Assembly: GCA_013265495.1 (NCBI GenBank)
Contig: MU058844.1
Location: 5,889,260 to 5,953,259, forward strand
DNA: 64,000 nucleotides
Direction of reading: 5' to 3'
Source of the DNA: Vicugna vicugna
Taxonomy: Eukaryota
A program made the position numbers and the translations under genes. Below the pieces are notes generated by a model. It saw only the letters and a list, made by a program, of their open reading frames with translations, ran no database searches and was not told where the DNA came from. Below, piece after piece: positions 14,447 through 27,739 of the stretch (its first letter is position 1; each line of letters begins with the position of its first letter).

Positions 14447-15169
14447 AATAACATCTGTGAAAGGACAAGCTAACCTCAGACCCCAATCAATGCAGTCAAT
14501 GCAACAATTTCCTCTGAAACTGAATTGCAGCTTATAAAGCAATTGTGCACAGTCACAGTAAAACTGCAAGATAAGGAGAGCATGGTGTTGTTTTTACAGT
14601 TTTACAGGGGAGTGAGATGTTGACCCCGACCTAAAGGGATTTAGGAGTGAATTATTTTTTCCTTTGATAAGGTGACTAGATGGCCTCTTTTTTTTAATTA
14701 AAGTATATTTGATTTAGAGGTGAATTTTAATATTTCAGTAAGCACAAGACTGACAGTAAATTTAATGAATCAACAACACTTCACTTAAAAGTAATTTCAC
14801 CAAATAACAAAGCCCAATTTGTTTCGGTTAACGTCACGGAGCATTAGGAGGAGGAAAGTATTGGTTTCAAATTCAGCAGATTAAAAAATAGAAAAATGCA
14901 GAAACCATGAGAAATGGTTAAGATGAATGAGGGACAGGCACAGGTCACTCTGTGAAACTACAGCACAACTTAAAATATTTACTCATATGACAGTATCAGA
15001 TTTAAAACCATACTTTCAATTAAATTTTTGAGTAGAGTTTCCTCCATTTGTCTAAAATAGTAAAATCCTTCTAGACTAAAGCTGGGTATGGATTTTCCTC
15101 CTTAAATCCAATCAAATATTCAAAGTTTAAAATTGTAGGAGCTTCTGAGAAGATATCGCAAAAATTTAT

Positions 15170-15232
15170 AGGAAGGAAGGAAGGGAAGAGAGAGGAAAGA
15201 AAAGAAGGAAGAAAGGAGAGAGAAGGAAGGAA
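15170..15232. repeat. GA-rich (GGAA)n low-complexity tract
   Basis: ggaaggaaggaagggaagagagaggaaagaaaagaaggaagaaaggagagagaaggaagg. Confidence 0.85.
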
Positions 15233-16627
15233 AATCTCTTACTTGAAGCCTGAAAAAGCAAAGATTTCATACACTTGCCAAACTTTAGATTCCATATCTC
15301 TTATTTGCATACCTCAAAAAATTAAAAGAATTACTTGGAAGTATAAATCTTCTAGTCCTCATGAGATTTTCTAGCTTTTCTGACTTCTATACTGATATTT
15401 CAAGTTGCTTATCAAAGACAATATTGATATTCTCATTGCTTGGATATGAATCATGTGATTATAATTAAACAAAATTAGGAAGAAGTTCCTCTTTATTCTA
15501 CCATATTATGAGGTAAAACTTGAAGAGTAAAGCTTGGATGCTGAGTCTACATATACTGTATTAAATGGTTGACAGAGATTTAATGATACAGCAAAAGTAC
15601 TTGAACCTTCCGTCTGCCCCACTCACTTCACTTGTATTTTCCTTATTTTAAAATGTGCAGAGGATAGATTTACACCAAAACATAGATTTTGTCAGATTAT
15701 GTACAATTTAACAATCTGACGATTAGTTCGGGCATTAGTTATTAAGCTTGGCTAAATTGAATATTCATGACACTGTCATGCTTAGGTTTTTAGCTCCAAG
15801 AATGTACTTAGCAGTTTTTGAAGGAGGTTCATCTTAGTAATAGGTATCTTTAAAATTGATAGTTCTAAATAAATTTTAAAAGATTAATTAGTACCTATCC
15901 ACACTCACTAGACAAATAGAATTATCCTTGCTTATTTAACAGTCAAATAACTTGATGTTTGCCAGTTAGTTTTTAAATATCAGTTAACTGTTCCTCACAT
16001 ACATTTCTGTTCTTCACAGTATACAATCAATTGTAGACACTCAGTATGAAGCATTAGGATAGTTTCTATCTCTGAGGAAATAAGAAGACTGACCCATAGA
16101 GAAGTTATGTAAATTTGAGACATGAGTATATTTTACTTTTTAAATTTACCTGATAATGAAACATCCAAAAATTTGAACAATTAACTGATTCTCGTATGTG
16201 GAAGATCACTGAGTTGTGGATTTTGCTATAGGTTAATGGCAAGTCCCTCACATAATCCAAGTGAAATAATTTGGACCATGTAAGTTAGTTCCAAATTTAC
16301 ATAGAAAAAAAGCAACGGAAGCCAATAAATAATGGTGGGCCCCATCACCCATCACGTACTGTAATGTCTTACACTATCTTGAAAGTTTTTGCACCATCTG
16401 CACTCCCATGACCTGATGAACTCTTTAGCTGAAGGATTTTAGTTTGTATTTTTACCGTGTGATCTGTCTGGACTCACTCTTTTTGTGATTGATAGGTTTT
16501 TTGCTTTCCTGTTCAACTCTGCAATCAAAGGGAAAGTCATGATTTTCTTTCACACAACAGAACTATCTTCAGCTACATGTAGAGGAAGGAGACTAGGATA
16601 AAGGTCTATTTTCTTCTTCCTCCATAG

Positions 16628-18570
16628 CTGAGATTTGCCGGATACTTAGAAGGACCTCTGAAGACTGTTGCTCAAATCCCAAAACTGTTAATTCCCTTCT
16701 AGCTGCTACTGGAATTCATGTGTCTGGTGACAGGAAGGCTGGAAGGACAATTTCTGTACATACACTTCTGGTCCATGCCTTTCAAAAAGACCTAAATATG
16801 ACTAATTTTTTTAAACTTTTGCAATGGAAAAAATGACATGGCCTCATTATAGTAAGACCTGCAAGATCCTTAACCTGGGTCCTTCACAAATAATACGCCT
16901 TCGTGTACAGATGAAAACAAAAAAAAACTACAATAAAGGTTAAGTATAAATATAGTTCAGAAAAAAATTAAGCATAAACATAGCTCATCTCCTTGCTTTG
17001 AGCCAGTAGGATGTCACCACTATTTCGCTGATAAATAACTGAATTCTGAATAACAGTCTTTAAGCGAACTGCTAGGAGGAACTATGAGTGACAACAAAAT
17101 AACAGCTTATCTTGTTTAAGCTTTGACACAGGTGAAGTGCTTTCACCTACATTCTGTTATCACTTTGTCTGACCCACCAGTGATTCCACACCTGCTTGAA
17201 AGACCTGGAACCATGAAGTCAGCTTTCATAATAAGACTTCCAATGAGCAGTTCATAACTTATTTCAAAATTGACCTTGGTATTTGCTTAAGGGTATATTT
17301 CTATGCTTTGGGGGGAGGGGGGTAATCAACTCAATAAACCTTCCTAAGCAAGGTTTTTCCAAAAATAATTTGGGCAATGAGAAAAGAAAAAGAAAATTCT
17401 GTGGATTTAGATTCTTTTTCAGCCGCATGTCATAAATTATGTGTTTCTCTAGTCTTTGAGTCTGTTTCATGTGTGCATGATTAGCATTGGCCAAAGGCAG
17501 GACTGGGCCTCATTGCCTAATTATGTGGTTTGCTCCCTGGGGTTTGGGTTAAATCTTACACAAGCTGAAAACTAAAAATTTTAATGACATTTTTGTTTTC
17601 TTTAAACAAAGTATTACTGATTGAATTAGGTCTTTTCTAAAGACTAAGTGTAACTTTCTCAAGTCTATGAATTTTCTCAAGCTTTAAAATCACAATTTAG
17701 AAAGTTTATCAACTTGCTTGGAAAATTTTAAGACCCTTCCCTTGAGGAGTCTGAAATGCAAACATAATATTTATATTATTTCTGTTATCTCAGCGGGAAC
17801 AAAATACCAAAGGTATTGAGAAGGGACTCTCATGTTAGTGTAAACAGCACATCAAGTTTCTTCTACAAAACTGAGTAATAGAACAATTAACAGTTTCCTT
17901 TCTCTGCCAGCGAAATGCTGGCAGCCAAGTGGTTTGACTGACAATGTGATACTTGTGTATTTGTATAGCCAAAGAGTTTTTAAAAAATTATTGCAATCCC
18001 CGCTGTTTTTCTCTGTACAAAGTTGAGGATTATGTCCAAATTAAAAAAAAAAAATCCAATTCACCAGCACCACCCACCCCTTAGATCTATCGTTTGTCAT
18101 TTGGAAGAGAGATTTTAGTTGTGGTTTTTTTTTTTTTTCCCATGAATCTGGTTTTATAAAAAAAAATCACACTTCTGTTAAGCTCGTTGAAAAACCCTAC
18201 TTTTTGCTGTATGTGTTCATGGACTTAATTTCATCGAAATATTAATATTCATTGTGTGCTAAGGAGTGTCATACTGATCTCACAGTCAACAGTTAGTGAT
18301 AGAAATGTATACATATATAAAATATGTAAAACTAATGACCTAGATGTTTCTTTCATTAGCTAGCACAAGTAGTTACAACTTGTAAATCTGTGTCGTGTGT
18401 CTTTTAAAGTCTGTAACGTGGTGAAGTCCTATGCTTGCTGTTTTTATATCTGTGCCTGCAATTTATTATTCACTGAAAGCAGCAAAAATTGAGAACTGTT
18501 CAAAATTGTGACGACTAAACAGCATAAGTCCATGTGTATACTTTTTATAAATACTTGTTTTCATAAACTG
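16628..18570 (+). other. Candidate terminal exon plus long 3' UTR of an unidentified plus-strand gene
   Basis: Strong acceptor ttttcttcttcctccatag at 16627. One frame reads LRFAGYLEGPLKTVAQIPKLLIPF* (stop 16700-16702). About 2 kb of U-rich, UTR-like sequence with no recognised repeats follows. The protein is not recognised. Confidence 0.25.
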
Positions 18571-18901
18571 ATTCTTGTACTTGCCCCCCTCCCCCCAAAA
18601 AGCTGTCATTTGTCTTAAGCATAAATTTAAAGGTAGTCAGTGAGAGAATCTCGTGAACTAAAGTGGGAAGAAAATATCTATTCTGTTATTTCTATTCTTT
18701 CATTTTAAATCATGTGGGCATAGAAATCAAAACATTCCTATCTGAGAGTAAAACTAATGGAAAATATAACCAGAAGTGGCTAATATGGTGAATTAATGTT
18801 TTATGCAATTTAAAGGACATTTGACTCAAAATAAAAAAAGTGAATTTCCAAAAGATACGGGACGCTCTTGCGAAGCCTATTCAATGAGATACTTGGATTA
18901 G

Positions 18902-18920
18902 GTGCACCATCTAGTGGTCA
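18902..18920 (-). promoter_or_regulatory. CTCF-like motif
   Basis: Minus strand TGACCACTAGATGGTGCAC, a close match to the CTCF consensus. Confidence 0.55.
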
Positions 18921-19976
18921 AGTTTCACACTGACAGTACGAGTGCCTAAAGACCCCTCGTCCTGGTGCTCTACTTTGAATACACATATGTGTAATTATTA
19001 TTTCAGAAGTTCTGATTTTTTATGAAAGTACCTGAAAAATATTCTATTCCTATAATCACACATTTACTTTACAAAGGAAAAGCCTAAATATATAAATCAA
19101 CAACTGCCTCATGTAAAACAAGGATTTTGTTGTTTAATTCTCAGTTTTACCATTTTAGTACTAATTTAAAAAAATAGAAATATGAAAAAACTGCACACTA
19201 AAATGTAAAAACATACAACACTTCCATCATTGCTATTCAAGGTTTATAAATGACAACACTTGTGGAGTTTGGCATCAATAGTACTGTTTTTTAATCAAAC
19301 TTCATAAAGGTAATTATGCTTAATAAAGCGTAAGCTGTCTCAAACATGCATTTTTCTAGCGAGAATAATATTGAGTAATTCTACTTAAAGTACACAGTGG
19401 CTTTTCTTGCAAGTCATGGATTAACCATTTGTGAAGCTGTGGGTATTTTTGTTGGAATTGAAGTAGCCCTGAGTAGAAGTAGGGGTAGACAAGATTGAAT
19501 TTGAATTTTTAGCAACATTTAAAATTTTAAATTAGAATCACTGATATTCCAGAAGGAAAAGTAAATACCCATATGGATTTTAACTAAGAAATTTTCATTA
19601 CGAAATTCCACTTATTTATCCTAATATGAAATAACAGCAGAATAATCAACTTAACATTCTCTCAAAGATTAAAATTTTCTTCCACTTTTCTTTCTTAGCA
19701 TGTCCCAAGAAGAAATGGCCCAATGATTCAGATTCTCCCTAACTTGAACGTTAGGCACATGCAGTCCTAGTCTTCCCATGTTATCTTCACAGTCCAACTC
19801 ATTAAATAGAGCCCAGAAGGACTTCCTGCTCCAACAAATGAGACTAATTAGAAAAATTAGGAAAGGACTTGGAGATTCCTGCACTTCTGAGGCCACTGAG
19901 AGGCTACAACGGCATCCTGGAATTAGCAAACGAGATAAAAGCCACCTGGTTCTGAGAAAGACAAAAAGACAAAAAG

Positions 19977-20032
19977 ACACACACACACAAACACACACAC
20001 ACACACACACACACACTCTCTCTCTCTCTCTC
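19977..20032. repeat. Compound (CA)n(CT)n microsatellite
   Basis: acacacacacaaacacacac...acactctctctctctctctc. Confidence 0.95.
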
Positions 20033-20441
20033 TTAAAGCCTCACTCCCTGGCAATAACATGTCTCCACACTTACACTCAGATTTTATGTTGTTTTGTTGC
20101 AATTCTAGATCACGAGTGATGTTTAACTACACTAGTTTAAATAAAAACAAACAACAGCAAAACATTAAATGTGAAAGATTCACTATCCCAAGGGCCATAT
20201 GTGATATTCAAGTATGCATGTCTCATTAGTGATGATCTAAATGCGCTGGTATTTGCTAAAAACACCAGCCTTAATATTCCAGAGTAAAAGTTGTCCTCTC
20301 TCAACCATTTTACAGGGTTGAGAATGATTACTAACTAATGGTTGAAGAAGTCAATCAATGAACCATGAATCAACAAAGCCAAAAATACATTTAGACTAAA
20401 GGAAATCACACTACTGTGCAGGAAACTATAAACCATACTGT

Positions 20442-20919
20442 TGTGAACGAAAATACTACAAACCATATCAGTAAACAAAGAATGCTGAAACCAAGTCATC
20501 AGCGGCTGCCCCCACCCCCCAGTGAAGACCAGCCTGCAGCCCAGCCTCTGCAGCCACTCACAATGGTGCACCCCGAGGGGACTCAGAATAAGAAAGGACA
20601 GGATACTGGCCCTAGATAGCGAGGTGCTTGTCAAAGGAATGAATTCAATGAGCCCAAATGTTTGCTTCCTCCCATACATAGAAAAGCGCTTAATTCTTTA
20701 ACTTGAGATGCCTGGTTTTCTTCAATTAACAGGTAAGCGTGTAATGTTTTTCCAACTACCTGGTCTTTGTGGTAAAGCTCCTATATATCCCAGCTCCTCC
20801 CCTACATCTTCGGAGCAGGCCCTCAGAGCGATCTGGGAGGCTGTCATCCGGGCTTGAGTCCTCCCCCTAAATAAAACATAACTCTCAACTTTTAGGCTGT
20901 GCATTTATTTCAGTCGACA
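20442..20919 (+). mobile_element. Solo ERV LTR (family A, ERV1-like)
   Basis: TG...CA termini, 4-bp TSD CTGT (20438-20441 and 20920-20923), TATA-like ctatatat and AATAAA. Homologous to 41392-41858. Confidence 0.9.
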
Positions 20920-21193
20920 CTGTAATGTAATCCTAGATACTAATTATCACAGTTTCAAAGAACTAGCTTGTGTACAAGGTCGAAAAGATATTCAGGAAAG
21001 TGTCGGCATGAGCCATGGCGAGAGTCACCATACAGCTGGGTTTTCCCAGAACAGTACTGAGTTTCTCAGTTTATGATAGTACTGTCCTTCCTCTCTTTCT
21101 GAGTCCTCATGTTTTTCATAAATAAGGAGATATGACAGAGTGACATGATCACTAGTAATGAGAGAAATAATGAAATTTAAACTTTCATATTTC

Positions 21194-21827
21194 TGAGACT
21201 GGATGGAAGGGGGCAGGGCACAGCCATTCAAGGAATGCTACGGCAATTAACATCAAAATGGTGAAAGATTCAACCCCCAGTAGGCCTTGAGGCTCAAGAT
21301 GATGAGAAATTTAACTTCTAGCAGATCTTGAGATTCATTATATGCTCATTGTAATATATTAACATGGTGAAAGACATGCCCACAGGCACCATGGCAGTCC
21401 CAGGGCTAGCCACAAAAGGTCAAAGGGTGGGAAATGGCCAACTGCCTGGGAATCCCAGCCCCTTCCCCAGGCTACTTAGACTGGACCTTCCACTTATTAG
21501 CATATAAAGCCACCAAGCCCTTAAAAACCAGCAACATGGTGCCTCGGGGCTGCCCCTCTCTCTCTCCCTTTTTGAAGACAGCCCAAACACTCTAAGGAGT
21601 GTGTACCTACTTTTAATCTGAGCAGCCAATCCCCACACTTTGTAGCCTTTCTCTTGCCTTTCAATGTATCTCTCTGAATGAATCTACCTTCATTCAACTG
21701 TGGCTTGCTCTTGAATTCTTTCCTGCGTGAAATCAAGGACCCCACCCTTGGCGGGGCATGTCCTAGGGGCTCAACCGAGACCTCGGACACAGCCCTTCTC
21801 ACGCCCCACATCTGTTTTCCTGCATCA
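21194..21827 (+). mobile_element. Solo ERV LTR (family B, ERV1-like)
   Basis: TG...CA termini with 4-bp TSD TTTC. Homologous to 40307-40942. Confidence 0.9.
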
Positions 21828-21887
21828 TTTCTATCCAGTTTTCAGAAAGAAAATACAAATGTGTGGCTAACAGTAAGAATTTTCTTT

Positions 21888-22032
21888 TAAAAAATTTAAA
21901 ATTTAAATTTATTTATTGTTTTTGCTAACTTTTTTAGGGGGGTAGTTATTTTTTTAATGGAGTTGCTGGGGATTGAACTCAGAACCTCATGCATGCTAAG
22001 CATACACTCTACCACTGCGCTATATCCTCCCT
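21888..22032 (-). mobile_element. tRNA-derived camelid-type SINE
   Basis: ctggggattgaactcagaacctcatgcatgctaagcatacactctaccactgcgctatatcctccc, with degenerate TSD aga(a/g)ttttcttt. Confidence 0.9.
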
Positions 22033-22802
22033 TCCGAGAGTTTTCTTTCACATTCAGTGTTCTTTATGTTTTCAGTTGATGCACATCTAACAAAAATTTG
22101 GCAAAATACCTGCCCACCATATTTTTGAGTTCTCACATACTTGATATAAAACTTTATTTTTTTAAACAAGCTTTAACCCCACCCCACCCCCCAAAAAATA
22201 AATGTAATGTGATTAAGACAAATTTGGACACTAGAATGGCTTTTTTTAAATCATAATTTCCCCTAGAAAGGAGATTTTTTTCAAAGTTTAACTCTAATCT
22301 GAATAACTCTTATTAACATATCCAGCAAGTTTTGTGTTATTACGTAACAATAACTTGGAAAAATCCAATGTAAAGAACTGCTTTTTGTTTTATTTTGTTT
22401 GTTTTGATTTGTTTTGTTTTGCTAGAAGTGAGGCTTTTGTGGAGTTAATTGAAGCCATGAAGCCCTAAAGCGTTGAAAAGTTCTCCTAGTCAGTCTAAGC
22501 AGGCTCAGCCCGGATCTGGCCAGGTCTCCAAGCAAGGAAAGACGGCTTCGGAATAAACACTAAAGCCCCGAGCACAGGGAGAAATCAGGAAACAGCAAAG
22601 ACTTGATAGACTGATCAGGGATCTTGCCGGTAGTTCTAATGTGTTTGTGCCTAAGGGTTTCTTCCTCTTTCCAATCTTAAAACATGGTTTTAGGAACCTG
22701 GGCTTAAACTGACACCATACATTGTATTCCTAGCTTTTGTACTAAATCTTTCTGTCTGATTCTATACAGGCCTTCTAACACCTTTACTTTCAATACTTGT
22801 AT

Positions 22803-22821
22803 TTACCACTAGATGGCAGTG
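22803..22821 (+). promoter_or_regulatory. CTCF-like motif
   Basis: TTACCACTAGATGGCAGTG, a near-consensus CTCF core. Confidence 0.6.
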
Positions 22822-23990
22822 TAATGCAAATTATAAGCCAGGCAGGAAAAAAACGAAGGGACTTATTTTACTTGGTGAATTGTTTTTCTAGCTTTCATTT
22901 CCTCACAAATTTTTTTTTTTTAATCTATGGGCTGGATTCATAAGTGGGACCCTGCTATTCATGTTCCTCATCCCTCATCAAGTTTTTTTAAAATTACTAT
23001 GTTAAGTTATAGGAAAAAACGCCTTATATACATAAAAGTAATTATTTCCTAGCTACTTGATCACAGCAGGAATCTATTATTTGTCATTTTCAATCTCAAT
23101 GTTAAATATTGTAACCCAGAGAATATTAGAAATGTGTGTGTGTTAGAATTATATAAAAATTTATATATTACTCTTTTCTAAGATAAGAAAATACATTTTT
23201 ATTTGAGTTACCCTGTATAGTCTATTTTTCAAAATAATTAAAAGGCAAAAAGAATAGCCTTTCCTTAAAACCTATTAAATATGATTTCATCTTTGCTAAT
23301 TGGAAATGCTCTTTGTATGATACAAATGCTCTGAGAATTGTGGGTTTGAAAATGATCCAGGCTGTAGCCAGCTGAGAAGGTCTCCAGCCTTAGTGAGCTC
23401 CTCTGCCCGTAAGTCCCGCCCCAAGCCCACCACCTCCAAGGAGGTTAGGACAGCCCTCCGGGTTCCCCCCACAGCCTTAAACGTGTATCTATGTTGTTTA
23501 CTTTTCTCTTCAAAATACTCCTGAACGTTCATCTTAATTTTATTTCACTGCTTTAAGAGTATGCAGCAAAACTGAAGGGACTTACTCAGGGTGAAGTCCG
23601 GCAGCTCCACACATTTCAGTGGTCTTTCTCAAAATCATGGTGGTAAACGTAACTGATTTTAGGCAATGGAAGGAGGTAAAACACAAGCAGTAATAGAGAC
23701 TCACATTTGAAAGATTAAATGATACATCTGCATTTATTGTGGGTCCTGGATATGTTTACAATTCTGTTCCATTTACTGACTGTAGATTAACAGCTACTAG
23801 GAAAGAACATTTTGTCACTAGCGTCCACAGTGTACGCATAGCATTTTCCAACATTTACACAAACTAAATTTTAGTTTTGCTAACGACTTGAACAAGCGTT
23901 TATGATTAACCTCTACATCCAAAATGTGATTCTCTTTCTTGTCCAACACTTGTTCCCTCAAAACTGAGAAGAATCGAAGAGAAGGGGGAT

Positions 23991-24480
23991 TGAGACAGCA
24001 GGACCCCACGGGGCCCTCCTGGGCATTAAACCCTTCCCCTGTTTCTTGTTTGTAGGAAAATGGCTTTCAGCTTCCTAGACCTTCCAAAGGGCAGATTCAA
24101 ACAGTTACTAATTAGGAGAGTGAGGGAATGCAGAGAGAAACAACAGTGCAGCAAGGAGACCTGGGCCTGTTTCCTCCTTGGGGGATGTGCATACCATTTG
24201 ATACACATCTCTGAGTTCTTCTAAAGGAGCTAACGCCCCCCCCCCGTCCCCCACTGGGTGGAGGATGGTAACTTCAGGCTGAGCACAAGCCTAGTTGGAA
24301 CCAGAAAGCTGATGACTGAGGTTCCTGGAGCACCATCCCATTACCTCACCACCGGCCAATCAGAGGAGGGTTACACACCCTACAGCCCTTTGCAAATTTT
24401 GCTCAGAAAAACTTCTTCCCTGAAACCCACCAGGGAGTTCGGGTCTTTGGAGCACGAGCCACCCATTCTCCTTGACTTTC
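23991..24480 (+). mobile_element. ERV LTR fragment
   Basis: Starts tgagacagcagg, with LTR-like content (gggcagattcaaacagttactaattagg; cagggagttcgggtctttggagcacgagccacccattctccttg). 3' end unclear. Confidence 0.6.
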
Positions 24481-24609
24481 ATGGAAAGAGTGCAGAATTG
24501 CTGAGGCTTTATTTTGACAAGAGAACCCCCCCACACACCCCACTGTAATAAACATAGCAATTACCAGCAAGCAATCGCATTCAGTCTACTGCTGGGAGAA
24601 GTTCAAGAG

Positions 24610-25110
24610 TGTAAAGAACTTTAAGGGATCTGAGGTTTTGCTCTACTTTCAAGCAATCACGTTATCCTGCTACAGTTTCATGGATGCTTGCAAAAGATGC
24701 GAGACTCCTGGCTCAGACCAAAAACATTTATCTTGCCCCGCACAGCAAGTAGTGTACATTTCATATGTTTCACGTTCATGTTGTTTCTCTGGTCTCCCCC
24801 GCAAGTCTCGTGGAGTAATCTGGTGATTGCTGCTCATGCAATGGATTTATGTCACAGATGAGAAGCCCTGAGCTTGGGGAACCTCACTCTTTTATAATGA
24901 GCTGCAAATAATGAAAGCATTATTTTTATTATATGAAACAGTAAGCACTCTGCTCCAGAGGGAGACACTATGCAATTTTCCAAGGATGTTTGCTATGCAA
25001 ATAGCCATGAAAACTTACTCCCGAAGAAAGTCTGCAGGTGCCTTTGCTCACGAGATATGCAGAAACGCAGAAAACCCCTGTAAGGCAGAAGTTGCTTTCC
25101 CAGGGCTGGT
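24610..25110 (-). mobile_element. Ancient ERVL-class LTR (MER54/MER74-like)
   Basis: gttttgctctactttcaagc...cagtttcatggatgcttgcaaaagatgcgagactcctggctcagac, similar to 33658-34050. Confidence 0.6.
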
Positions 25111-25179
25111 GCAGGCATGCAGACAGACTGATAACTGCAGTGGAGTGGGAACCCTGAGAACCCCCCCACCCCAGCACTG

Positions 25180-26240
25180 CAAATGCCACACTAAATACAA
25201 AGTAATGAAATTCACTGCTGGATAAATTACAAGTCAGCGGTGTGCTGAGAGTAACAATAGCGACAACCAAGTCACACCAGGCTTCACTGCCGACTAGACT
25301 GCTTCAACCCACGGACTAATCGGCTGACGGAAGAGAAGTGTGCTCATACTGTTTACCTCAGTCTCTCCTGTTATGCTACACATGATGTCTGGCATTTAAT
25401 TAAAAATGACAAGTCAGACTACAAGTAACTGCTGTGACGAACTGAAGCAATCAATAGAACCAGCTACAAAGACGACCCAGGGAATTTAAAATAGCTGTGA
25501 TAGTACGTAGAAGGACCCAAAGGAGGGAACTATTAGAATTTCTGGCTTCTGATTCTGCACGTGAGGAGCTCGGTGTTAGCCATTCTGTCCCAACAACCAG
25601 TTAAAGGTGAACAGACTGAAAAATCAACAACTTTTCTTGGGTTCATTAGAGAAGGGAGGACACAGGGCAAACTGGGAGAGACAAACAGGCGAATACTAGG
25701 CGTGGAGGCGCAAAGTGGAAATTGCCCTGAGAACCAGTGCCAGGGTGGGGAAACCTGAACTGTAATTGTTCAAATGCTGGAAGCTCAGAGCAGACAAATC
25801 AGAGTTGAAAGCTCCCCATGGGAACCAGTCATGGGGAGGGTGTGTCCACAACATCGTAAAATTTACATCCAGGAGCTAGACAGATTCTCATAGAAAATAT
25901 CCCAGAAAAATTCCCTCCTGCTTCCACCAGGAGGAGGTGAAGAGAACGCAGAGGATTTTTAGGGCAGTGAAAATACTCTGTGTGATACTACAATGATGCA
26001 TACGTGTCATTTTGCATTTGTCCAGACCCTTAGAAGGTACAACAGCAAGAACCAGTAATACAAACTATGGATTTGGTATGTGTCAGTGAGGATTCATCAG
26101 GTGTAACAAATGGACCACTCTGGTGGGGGATGTTGATAATGGGGTAGGCTGTGCATGTGTGAGGGCAGCAGGCAGAGGGGAAATTTCTGTAACTTCCTCC
26201 CCCAATTTTGCTGCTTAAAAAAAAATACTCTTATTAAAAA
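25180..26240 (+). mobile_element. Old L1 fragments (5' region pieces joined to an L1MB-like 3' end)
   Basis: 3' end motif gaggatttttagggcagtgaaaatactctgtgtgatactacaatg...tgtaacaaatggaccactctggtgggggatgttgataatgggg. Confidence 0.7.
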
Positions 26241-26439
26241 ATAAGACCTTAAAAGACCTAAATACACAATTTTTTCATTCCTGATGTTACAGCTGCATCA
26301 CAGTGATACATGAAATGAATTACGAGCTATTACTATTACCAGTTTGCTTTAGTGTTATTATTTGTAAAGGAAGACAGATGTTCACCAACAGCTCATCTTA
26401 CCTACCTGGCCATGATGTAATATTAGTCTAAATATATCC

Positions 26440-26745
26440 ATGATCTGGTGATGGAACATCTTATCCTCAGAGAAGCATTTCTTGAGCACCAGATTGAAGT
26501 GACCCTCAAGGATTTCTCCATTATATTTCTTTCTTTTCTTTATAACACAAAGCATGACAATAATTTATAGCATTATTATTATTCTTTATTGTTTAGTTTC
26601 TTATTCTGTCTCCCATCTTTTAGAATGTGGTCTCCAGGAAAGATGGGAGTGAACTTAAAGCCTTGCTCATTCCTGTTCCCTTAACACCTTGAGTAGTTCC
26701 TGACACAGAGCAGGGGTCCAGTACATATTTGTTGAATTAATAACT
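26440..26745 (+). mobile_element. L2 3' end remnant
   Basis: tcctcagagaagcatttcttgagcacc...agttcctgacacagagcaggggtccagtacatatttgttgaattaat. Confidence 0.6.
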
Positions 26746-26759
26746 GCGTGGACTCTTAA

Positions 26760-26968
26760 ATCTCAAAATGTGTTCAACCATACACCAGTTTTGGAAGAAG
26801 CCCATAGAATAAGAGTTACGCGGTCAGATGAATCTGGTTAATGCTACACGCTATATACTCTGCTTGGAAGTTCATCATGCCCTTTGGTCTGTTAAAGGCT
26901 CCAAGAAGCCCTGCAGTAAAGAGGCTGTCTAGCCTTTGCTGAGGCCAGGACTTTTCAGCTTATTTTAT
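26760..26968 (+). mobile_element. MER103-like hAT/Charlie remnant
   Basis: ctgttaaaggctccaagaagccctgcagtaaagaggctgtctagcctttg resembles the MER103C core (from memory). Confidence 0.55.
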
Positions 26969-27739
26969 CACGTCAAGTAGGCTAAGGCCTGAGCCGGAGG
27001 CTTGTAAGGAAGTCTGTAATCTATAAAAACACAGATTCCTTCATCTCTCTTGTAGACTCAAAGAGAAGCCCATTTCTCTCTAGTTTCAGGACTTCCTTCC
27101 TGATCGTAAGGACATACACAGAATGAGCATGTCATTCTGGTTAATCTAATGTAGATGCAGATCTAGAATGAGTCTAGGAATTATTCATATGACGCTCAGA
27201 ATGAGCCTGCTTGAAAGGTGTCCGGTTGGCCCAAGTCACTGCAGATACACCAAGATAACACGGAGCTTCGCTTCAAATCAACCAAACAACGGTGTTCCAG
27301 GCACAGTTCATCTCTGCATTTTGCAGACAGATTGAAACAAAGCTGTGTACTTATTTCAAAGAGTGTTTGAATTTCTGTGAAGAGGCAAAAAAAAAAAAAA
27401 AGAGAGAGAGAGAGAGAATACCCTTACTTGCATCTTTTTGAAGTTGTCATGCTTCTTTGTGGATCATTAGAAATATTCAGAAAATTTGTCAATTCTTTGT
27501 CTATAGGAAAAAAAAAGATTTTGCCTCTAATCTCAGCATGTTTACTCATTAAATTGTTCAACAAACTAGGGCTGAGGAGACAGTTAAAACAGGAATGGGT
27601 CTTCCATGACTAGTGAAAAATAAAAACAGAAATCAAAAAATCCAGTTTGTACCATCCTAACAATGTCCACTTAAAATACATGTTATGTTTTATACAGTGA
27701 AAAACTTACAGGCTTATGCATTGAATAATAATCATTTCA

